This document shows positions 8,100-15,042 of a DNA stretch of 17,936 nucleotides, piece after piece. Within the stretch, counting starts at the first letter, position 1, and every line of letters starts with the position of its first letter. A program made the translations under genes and the position numbers. The DNA is from Candidatus Rifleibacteriota bacterium. Its GTDB lineage: Bacteria; Muiribacteriota; Ozemobacteria; Ozemobacterales; Ozemobacteraceae. Location: assembly GCA_051747585.1 (NCBI GenBank), contig JBNJGH010000070.1:1-17936 (forward strand), in the 5' to 3' direction. The notes under the pieces were generated by a model. It worked only from the letters and a program-made list of their open reading frames with translations. It had not been told where the DNA came from and did not search any database.

Positions 8100-10369
8100 C
8101 AGCTCAGCCCCCTTATGCGTCTTAAATACCATTCACAAAGCGGAAAGATCAGCATCAGGATTAACAGAGCCCAGCTGTTGCGAAGGTCTAATAGGCGAGT
8201 TTCGCTTTTTTTTCCGGGAATAGCTTTGATTGAATCTACCAGCAAATCTGTGTTCTCGCTGCTACAGTAAATACCGCCGGTTTCCTCTGCCATTTTTTTC
8301 ATTTGTTCTACGGCTATAACCGGGTTGGCGAATTCATCTGTTGGCGCATCTATGAGCAGCTCGATCGAAGTTTTGCCAAGTTCGCGACCGGCCATTCGGG
8401 CGGTAGCTTCGATTTTATGAAGTCCGCGAAAAGCCGGAACGAAAGTTCCTTCATAACAGCCTTTTTCCGAGGTTTCCATGCAGGACAACGGCGTTGTTTC
8501 GCCTTTTGGGTCAGTAATGGTCAGACTTACCTGCGCTCCTGATTGCAGCTGATGTCTGGCATTGCTTACCCATACTTTTATACTTACAGGTTGCCCGGTA
8601 TAGGCCTTGGCCGAGGCGAGCTCCAGGCTTACCTGAGCATCTTCGCGGCGGTTGGCCAGCCATTTGAGCATGTTGGTTAGAAAGGCGGTATATGGAGAAA
8701 AGCCTTTGTCTGAAGAAATAAGTCTGAAGCCCATAGGCCAGATAGGTGCGCCGGTAATCATGACCGAGTTGCCTTGTCCTATGCGATTTCGAATAAGAAA
8801 GGGCAGCGGGTCTGCATTACTTCTGACGGTTGTTTGCAGAAGAACCTCTGCTGATGGCCTGATGGCACCGTATTCATAAAGGCCGTCGAATTTAGGCAGG
8901 GTGGCAAAAAATTCGACATTTTCGATCGGATCATCGACCAGGCGCAAAAAGTTGTAAGGTGTTTCCTGAGAGCTTAACAATATGTTGCCAGGTGTTCCGC
9001 GCCATTTTTCGTTGCCAGGTTTTACCGGAAGTAAATTTTCGATGACAGTATTCTGGTAGCCCAGATCTCTTAAACCTTTGGTGCCGGGTAAAATCAAAAG
9101 CCCAAGATTGCCTGATTCGACCCGGTCAGAAATTTCCTGCGCAAGTGGTTTTATAAAGTTATAGGGTACGCCCCGCAGAATAACTACATCTGTGTCTTCG
9201 AGGTCTTTACTCAGGGTTGGCTTTCTTACTGCAGCCTGAAGCTTGAAATCACGGTTGCATATCCAGCGGTCGTCTTTTAATCTTACCCATGAAACCAGGC
9301 CGGCGTTAGGATCGGTAGAAAGAGCATTAACAATAAATTTTATGTCCCAGGAGGGTTTGCCTGAAACAGAAAGAATGTTAAGTCGTTCTCTTACTACTTT
9401 TAATAGAAAGTCGGCTTGATTGTTTTCGTTTGTAATTTCATTTTCGATCTCGGGAATTTTGACCTCATATTTGAACAACCCCTCTTTATCGCAGGGTAAA
9501 GTGAAGGAAAAATTTTGTTTGTTTTTATTTTTGTCAAAGTTAACTTTAATTGTTTTGAAAGGCTGTTCGTTTTTGTTTATTTGTATTTCAACTTGTTCTT
9601 TATCTACCCCGAATCGGCTTACCTGTCCGCTGACTCTAACGCTTGAGTTCAAATAACCGGTTGCAGGCGGCCGCGGGATATTTACGGCGAGATCTTTACT
9701 TTGATCGCTTCCGCCGGGGCCGACGAAATAAATCGGGGTGCGCAGGTTCCCCAGGGCGATAGCTGGATTTTCTCCTACGGTATGGACTCCGTCTGTCATC
9801 ATAATCAATCCAAGCAGGCTGCCTTCGCCGAGATTGCCGGTGATGTCGGCAGCGGCTTTGCTGATGTTGGTCTGGTTGCCGTTAGCTTTAAGATTGAATT
9901 GTTTGATTTCTGCCTGTGATAAGGGTGACACATTGGCCGCAAAACTAAAGATTTCGGGTTTTATGCCTGTTTTTTGCTCTAATTTTTCTATAAGGCGCCC
10001 TTGGCTGAATGTTGTCTTGATTTTATCGAGTCGGCTCAGGCTTTCGCTTTTGATTCCCATACTTTTTGAACTGTCGATCAAAATTGCGAGTCTGTTTTTC
10101 TGGGGTACCAGCCCGGCTATGCTTAATACCGGGCCGGTCAGCATAAGGGCAAAAAGTATTACAAAGGCAAATCTTAAGGCAAGAATGATTTTGCGATCTT
10201 TATTATTTAATTTGCGCTCTTCGAATCGATAAAGAAAGTAAATTACAGGCAGCAAAATCAAAAGAGTCAATACAAGACCGGCCCAACCCCAGGCCAGGTT
10301 GAGCGAAATATTTTCTATTGTTTGTATCGGACCGGGATTGAAACCCAGAAACTTGAGAATGGCTGACAT
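8099..10369 (-). CDS. Membrane protein with vWA, Ig-like and GATase-like domains (MoxR operon partner)
   Basis: 756 aa; two N-terminal TM helices; MIDAS elements LIDSSKSM, QTNI, MTDG; C-terminal TM ending CEWYLRRIRGLS; start directly abuts upstream TAA. Confidence 0.8.
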   Translation of the reverse strand: MSAILKFLGFNPGPIQTIENISLNLAWGWAGLVLTLLILLPVIYFLYRFEERKLNNKDRKIILALRFAFVILFALMLTGPVLSIAGLVPQKNRLAILIDSSKSMGIKSESLSRLDKIKTTFSQGRLIEKLEQKTGIKPEIFSFAANVSPLSQAEIKQFNLKANGNQTNISKAAADITGNLGEGSLLGLIMMTDGVHTVGENPAIALGNLRTPIYFVGPGGSDQSKDLAVNIPRPPATGYLNSSVRVSGQVSRFGVDKEQVEIQINKNEQPFKTIKVNFDKNKNKQNFSFTLPCDKEGLFKYEVKIPEIENEITNENNQADFLLKVVRERLNILSVSGKPSWDIKFIVNALSTDPNAGLVSWVRLKDDRWICNRDFKLQAAVRKPTLSKDLEDTDVVILRGVPYNFIKPLAQEISDRVESGNLGLLILPGTKGLRDLGYQNTVIENLLPVKPGNEKWRGTPGNILLSSQETPYNFLRLVDDPIENVEFFATLPKFDGLYEYGAIRPSAEVLLQTTVRSNADPLPFLIRNRIGQGNSVMITGAPIWPMGFRLISSDKGFSPYTAFLTNMLKWLANRREDAQVSLELASAKAYTGQPVSIKVWVSNARHQLQSGAQVSLTITDPKGETTPLSCMETSEKGCYEGTFVPAFRGLHKIEATARMAGRELGKTSIELLIDAPTDEFANPVIAVEQMKKMAEETGGIYCSSENTDLLVDSIKAIPGKKSETRLLDLRNSWALLILMLIFPLCEWYLRRIRGLS

Positions 10370-12505
10370 TTAATTTCTCACTCTACTTAAGGTTTTTCTG
10401 TTGGCAAACCAGCACTCGGTAAGAAGAATGGCAAGCAATAGCCAGAGCGCTGCCCGGCTGAGGTCATAGCCTTCTCTCAGTAATGACACCTTTTCTTTTA
10501 CCGTCGTTTTTGAAGTATCTATATTCATGCTTATAAATCTGGGAATTTTGCGTAGATTAATTCTTTTCAGGTTGCTTTCGGTCGGGGGCGGGTTAACCGC
10601 AAAACCGGTGAGCACTTCGTTGCCCGCCTTGATCAGGTAGTAGCCGTTCTGGTTGGTTTCCCGGCTGGAAAAATGGGTAAGGCCCGACGAAGTTTCTGAA
10701 GTATTGATCGCAATTTCTTTCTGATCTGGTAAAAGCATCGAAATGTCTTGTGCAGCTTTGTTTTTTATTGTTGCCGCTATTGGCATGCCGGGCTTGATAT
10801 TGCCTATTTCAAGCTCCTGACTTGTAACCATTGCAATAATTGTCTGGTGTAAAAATGGAAGCCAGGTAGGTTTTAGTGGCCAGTCGCTCCATGAAGTGTC
10901 GGCCGGAAAGGTAATCAGCATAGAGCGGCCTTGACCTCTTTTTTCTTCTACAATCCCGGGAAGACCGTGGCTCATGCGACAAAGGGTCAGTGCGTCGGGG
11001 TTAGGTTTTACCTGAAAAAACTCATAAATATGGGCGCGGCTTGGGTCACCGTTACCTTCTTCGTTAAAAATTGCAAATGCCGGATGACCAAAGTCTATAT
11101 CTGTCATTTGATATGCGATAGATTTGCTTACTGCGTTTCCAACTCTTTTGTAGAGACGGGCCGGAAGAATGTATTCGCCGCCGGGATTATCGATTAGGTG
11201 TTTGTTATACCATTCAGGGTCTACTCTGTTTCCGATGAATGTTATAAGGTTGCCGCCATTCAGAATATATTGTGAAAGTTTTCCTATAAGACTGTCGGGA
11301 AGTCGATTAAGGTTTAATATCGATATTACGGCGTATTTGTTAAGGTCAAGGTTGGCAGCCTCAGTCGGAGTGCGGGATTCTGTGATGAAATTGTTGCTTT
11401 TTGCTTTGTTGAGCGGGTTGATCGCATATTTTAAAAAGATGTCGTCATTGTTTGCCTTTTGCTCTTTTGACTCAGACTTGATTATGAGCACATTACAGGG
11501 CTCGAAAACTTTTACTGCCAGGTGGCGTTCGTTGTCAAAAGGCAGGGCATCGGTTTGAATGTCGGCTTTGATGTGATTCATTCCGGTTTTTACCAGCTTG
11601 CAGTCTATTGAAAATTCTTTTTCTGAATCAGGCGGCAGCTCTATTTCACGTTCATATTTTCGCTGTGAATTAATTGAAATGGCCAGTTTGCTTTTTCTGG
11701 CCCGCGAAGAAAAGTTGGCCACTTTAATTTTTAAAGGCATTTCACGGTTCGCCATTACTATGGGTGCGCCGCTTTCGAGCCTGGTGATTGCCATGTTTTC
11801 GGGGGTGGCACCGCCCACCGGAACCAGAATAAGGTCTATTCCCGGGTCTATGTCTTTGAGGTTGTATCGCTCAATTAATGGTTTCCAGGACGATTCGGTC
11901 ATGTCGGTAATGACGTAAACAGTTCGTTTATATGTTTTTAAGGGCGTCAGAAGTTTGAGGGCCGAAAGAAGTGAAGAGTAGATTGAGGTGCCTGCCATGC
12001 TTAAGGGGGCGTTGGCCACACTTTTTTTCAGGGTGTCGCGGTCCCAGGTCAGTTGCGAATATAACAGACGGCCGGGGTCGTTTAAAAGCCCTACCGTTGC
12101 TTTGTCGCCGGGTTGCATCTGCTCAAGAATTTCAAGCGCCCTTGCTCTTGCGGTGTTAAAAAGAGATATGCCCTGATGAGTGCTGCCCATGGACATCGAG
12201 TTGTCTAAAAGAATTACCGAGGCTGCCGGGTTGCTTGAAGTTGCTTTTGCACTGGCACTTTGCCCGATAAAAGGCCGGGCCAGCGCTGCAATGACAAGAA
12301 TTAGCAGAAAGAGTCTCAGTGCAAGTAAAATGATGTTTTTCATTTTTTTTCGTCTGGCGGTAAATTCAACCGATAGCCTGATGAGGCGAAGACTGGGGAA
12401 CTCTTTTCTTATAGGGGTTTTGCGATGATAAAGATGAAGATAAATCGGGATTGCCAAAGACAGCAATCCGAGCAAAAACCATGGGCTGGCAAAAGTTAAA
12501 CTCAT
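10370..12505 (-). CDS. BatA-type N-terminal domain plus vWA membrane protein
   Basis: 711 aa; N-terminus F-ASPWFLLGLLSLAIPIYLHL...FPSLRLI...LLALRL...ALARP; MIDAS LLDNSMSM, GTS, ITDM; Ig-like segment ending DALPFDN; WSDWPLKP; C-terminal TM. Confidence 0.85.
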   Translation of the reverse strand: MSLTFASPWFLLGLLSLAIPIYLHLYHRKTPIRKEFPSLRLIRLSVEFTARRKKMKNIILLALRLFLLILVIAALARPFIGQSASAKATSSNPAASVILLDNSMSMGSTHQGISLFNTARARALEILEQMQPGDKATVGLLNDPGRLLYSQLTWDRDTLKKSVANAPLSMAGTSIYSSLLSALKLLTPLKTYKRTVYVITDMTESSWKPLIERYNLKDIDPGIDLILVPVGGATPENMAITRLESGAPIVMANREMPLKIKVANFSSRARKSKLAISINSQRKYEREIELPPDSEKEFSIDCKLVKTGMNHIKADIQTDALPFDNERHLAVKVFEPCNVLIIKSESKEQKANNDDIFLKYAINPLNKAKSNNFITESRTPTEAANLDLNKYAVISILNLNRLPDSLIGKLSQYILNGGNLITFIGNRVDPEWYNKHLIDNPGGEYILPARLYKRVGNAVSKSIAYQMTDIDFGHPAFAIFNEEGNGDPSRAHIYEFFQVKPNPDALTLCRMSHGLPGIVEEKRGQGRSMLITFPADTSWSDWPLKPTWLPFLHQTIIAMVTSQELEIGNIKPGMPIAATIKNKAAQDISMLLPDQKEIAINTSETSSGLTHFSSRETNQNGYYLIKAGNEVLTGFAVNPPPTESNLKRINLRKIPRFISMNIDTSKTTVKEKVSLLREGYDLSRAALWLLLAILLTECWFANRKTLSRVRN

Positions 12506-12507
12506 CT

Positions 12508-13419
12508 TTACCTCACTGAAGTTGCCTGACGGCGGGTGAAAAAGCTTCTTAAATTGGTTTCCAGAGGCATAGAAGTGTCTGCTATTAAATAATCTATGCC
12601 TGATTTGCGTAAAGCCGACCTGAAGGTTTCGGTCAACTGTCTGAATCTTTTTAAATATTCTGTTCGTAGCGAATAGGCGTCGGTTACAATTTCGCTCTCA
12701 TCTTCCAGGTCCCGAAACATGGTGGTGTCGTCGAATGGAAAGGTGATTTCGTCTCGATCGAGAACGTGAAAAAGAACCACTTCATGCCTGCGCGAGCGCA
12801 GGTGGCGAAGTTTTTTTATTACCGTATCTGCGTTGTCCATAAGGTCAGAAAATAGAATAAAAATGCCGCGCTTTTTCATGCTTTGCCCGACCAGATCGAG
12901 GTTGTCGCCAATATTCGTTTTGTCTGAGGCTCTGGTGGCTTCGAGTTCATTACATATTGCTTTAAGGTGAGCCATTCCGGTTCGGGGTCTTATGATTTTA
13001 CGCAAGCCCTCTGCAAAGGTTATAAGCCCGACCGAATCGTGCTGCCTGAGCATAAGATACGACAACGATGCGGCAAGAGTCGAAGCATATTCGAGCTTGT
13101 TCATCGCGCCCGCACCCTTGTAAGACATCGAGCCACTGCTGTCTATGGCCATATAACCCGACAGATTGGTTTCTTCTTCGTGTTCTTTAATATAGTATTT
13201 GTCGGTTCTTCCATAAACTTTCCAATCTATGTCTTTAAGGGGATCGCCGGGCACATACTGGCGATACTCGGAAAACTCGACATTGAAGCCCTTATAGGGA
13301 CTTTTATGCAAACCCTCTACCATGCCTTCGACAACAGTTCTTGCCTTGATCTCGAGGTTGGCAAGAGAGGCCAGAAGTTTAGGATCTAAAAATTTCGATA
13401 TTTTTCGGGTTTTTTCCAT
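12508..13419 (-). CDS. DUF58 domain protein (vWA-like MoxR partner)
   Basis: 303 aa; GLHKSPYKGFNVEFSEYRQYVPGDPLKDIDWKVYGRTDKYYIKEHEEET signature; AIDSSGSM; LFSDL. Confidence 0.93.
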   Translation of the reverse strand: MEKTRKISKFLDPKLLASLANLEIKARTVVEGMVEGLHKSPYKGFNVEFSEYRQYVPGDPLKDIDWKVYGRTDKYYIKEHEEETNLSGYMAIDSSGSMSYKGAGAMNKLEYASTLAASLSYLMLRQHDSVGLITFAEGLRKIIRPRTGMAHLKAICNELEATRASDKTNIGDNLDLVGQSMKKRGIFILFSDLMDNADTVIKKLRHLRSRRHEVVLFHVLDRDEITFPFDDTTMFRDLEDESEIVTDAYSLRTEYLKRFRQLTETFRSALRKSGIDYLIADTSMPLETNLRSFFTRRQATSVR

Positions 13420-13459
13420 AAATTAATCAGTTAAAAAGACGGGAGCTTTTAGGTGGCTA

Positions 13460-14494
13460 TTAGCCGGCGGGTTCGGCAACAGTTTTTATGATCTTTTCTA
13501 TTACTGAATCAGAGGTGACTCCTTCGGCTTCAGCATTGAAATTTATCAAGATTCGATGTCGTAAAACGGCGTATGCAAGAGCTCTGATGTCTTCGCAGGC
13601 TACGTAAAAACGGCCGTGAAGCACTGCGCGAGCCTTGGCTCCGAGAATGAGGTATTGGCTGGCGCGGGGGCCGGCGCCCCAGGTGACATAGTTGTTTATG
13701 AAGTCCGGGCTGCTTTCGCGGCCGGGTCTAGTGGTTTCGGCAATAGATACCGCATATTTTATAACTCTGTCAGAGACGGGGACTCGACGAACTATTTCCT
13801 GTAGCTCGAGAATTCGCCGGTGATCCAATACCGACTGGAGGTTTTCAACAGCTCCGCCGGTGGTAGCTCTAACCATTGTAATTTCGTCTTCGACAGGCGG
13901 ATATTCCATTCTGATGTTAAACATGAACCTGTCAAGCTGTGCTTCGGGGAGTGGGTAGGTCCCTTCCTGCTCTATGGGGTTCTGGGTTGCGAGAACAAAG
14001 AATGGCTCTTCAAGTTTATAAGTAGTGCCGCCGCTGGTTATGCTTTTTTCCTGCATCGCTTGCAGCAGGGCAGCCTGGGTTTTGGGCGGCGTTCTATTAA
14101 TTTCGTCGGCGAGAAGAATTTGCGAGAAAATCGGACCCTCTATGAAGCGAAACTTTCGTTCGCCGGTTTTGGTGTTTTCTTCGATAATTTCGGTTCCGAC
14201 GATGTCGGTAGGCATAAGGTCAGGTGTAAACTGAACTCTTTTGAATTTGAGGTCGAGAAGTTGAGCCAGGCTGTTTACCAGCAGAGTTTTGCCGAGCCCG
14301 GGGACGCCTATTAATAAAACATGGCCCTGGGCAAAGAGGGCGTATAAAACCTCTTCGACTACATTTTTCTGGCCTATGAATACTTTGCTTATTTCTTCGA
14401 GAATTTGTTTGTGTGCTTTTTTTATTTCCGCCAGAGCTTTTACTTCATCTGGTTGAGCCGTTTTTTCTCTGGCTTTCTGGGTTGCCTCTGCCAT
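13460..14494 (-). CDS. moxR: MoxR family AAA+ ATPase
   Basis: Walker A GVPGLGKT, RVQFTPDLMPTD, Walker B LLADEINR, ATQNPIEQEGTYPLPEAQLDRF, GAGPRA. Start placed at ATG 14494 (GAGGT RBS at 14505-14509; 344 aa); the track's longer start is 14560. Confidence 0.95.
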   Translation of the reverse strand: MAEATQKAREKTAQPDEVKALAEIKKAHKQILEEISKVFIGQKNVVEEVLYALFAQGHVLLIGVPGLGKTLLVNSLAQLLDLKFKRVQFTPDLMPTDIVGTEIIEENTKTGERKFRFIEGPIFSQILLADEINRTPPKTQAALLQAMQEKSITSGGTTYKLEEPFFVLATQNPIEQEGTYPLPEAQLDRFMFNIRMEYPPVEDEITMVRATTGGAVENLQSVLDHRRILELQEIVRRVPVSDRVIKYAVSIAETTRPGRESSPDFINNYVTWGAGPRASQYLILGAKARAVLHGRFYVACEDIRALAYAVLRHRILINFNAEAEGVTSDSVIEKIIKTVAEPAG

Positions 14495-14560
14495 AAGTCT
14501 GTCTACCTCGCGTATTTCTATGTTGTTGATGGGTTGTTTCCCAATTTGATTTACCCCCAT

Positions 14561-14589
14561 AACCTAACATGAAATGTTACATGGTACAA
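14561..14589 (-). promoter_or_regulatory. Candidate sigma70 promoter of the moxR operon, overlapped by a palindrome
   Basis: Minus strand TTGTAC-N17-TAGGTT with extended -10 TG; palindrome TAACAT-GAA-ATGTTA at 14565-14579. Confidence 0.4.
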
Positions 14590-14608
14590 ATCTTTTTGTT
14601 TTTTATTG

Positions 14609-14679
14609 GCAAGGGCGCGTAGGGGCGCGTATGGGCGCAAGATTTTGCGCCCATACTTGCGCCCTTACGGGGCCCTTGC
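14609..14679. repeat. Nested GC-rich GTAG-type REP-like palindrome
   Basis: GCAAGGGCGC GTAGGGGCGC GTATGGGCGCAA, loop GATT, then TTGCGCCCATAC TT GCGCCCTTAC G GGGCCCTTGC. Confidence 0.75.
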
Positions 14680-14708
14680 TCGCTGCCCATGCCGCGCTCT
14701 CGCCTGCC

Positions 14709-14760
14709 AGAAAAAAAATAAAAAAAATTACTTGACTATTATGGCATTTACCAATATTAT
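14709..14760 (+). promoter_or_regulatory. Strong sigma70 promoter with A-tract UP element for the OmpM-like gene
   Basis: TTGACT (14732-14737), 17-nt spacer, TATTAT (14755-14760), preceded by A-tracts at 14711-14727. Confidence 0.75.
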
Positions 14761-14766
14761 CTTGCT

Positions 14767-15042
14767 ACTAAGGACGATGGCAAAATTGTATTCGTCGGGC
14801 ATCACGAAAGGGGGTGTAACTCGTATTAGGTAGCCCGGAGGAATGCGCCAGAGACCTTAAGAGGTGAAAAACCACCTCGGGGAAACCCAAAAGATGGACC
14901 TGGAATCTAATAAAGATTGACCGGAATCATTAAAGGAAACATGGACACTGTAATGTGAACGGACGATCCTAAAGAAAAAGGGAAAATCGAGTAAGGGAAC
15001 CCCAAAAAAATTCAAACTTAATACCTAAATGGGGGAATTTTT
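14767..15042 (+). promoter_or_regulatory. Long structured 5' leader of about 275 nt
   Basis: Inferred start near 14767, ATG at 15043. Stems GACGA/TCGTC, CGGGC/GCCCG, TAAGG/CCTTA, GAGGTG/CACCTC, GGG-GAAA-CCC, AATCT/AGATT; GGGGGA RBS at 15031-15036. Confidence 0.55.

Noticed and set aside
8100..8132. DUF4159 start at 8132
   Set aside because: ATG 8099 gives a clean signal peptide and a TGATG coupling.
7..14314. Many short plus-strand ORFs and small nested minus-strand ORFs in the track
   Set aside because: They lie antisense to or within well-supported genes and have no recognisable motifs; they are shadow ORFs.
14495..14560. Longer MoxR N-terminus from ATG 14560
   Set aside because: ATG 14494 has a well-placed GAGGT RBS, and 14560 abuts the predicted -10 element.
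14606..14833. 75-aa ORF, and its internal 18-aa leader peptide MAKLYSSGITKGGVTRIR from 14777
   Set aside because: The long form crosses the palindrome and promoter. The short form has AAGGA only 2 nt before the ATG and no attenuator-type codon run.
14778..14850. Resemblance to a c-di-GMP-I riboswitch (GGCAAA, GAAA loop, GGTAGC)
   Set aside because: The GACGCAAAGC junction is missing and the spacing does not fit; only an Rfam scan could revive the call.
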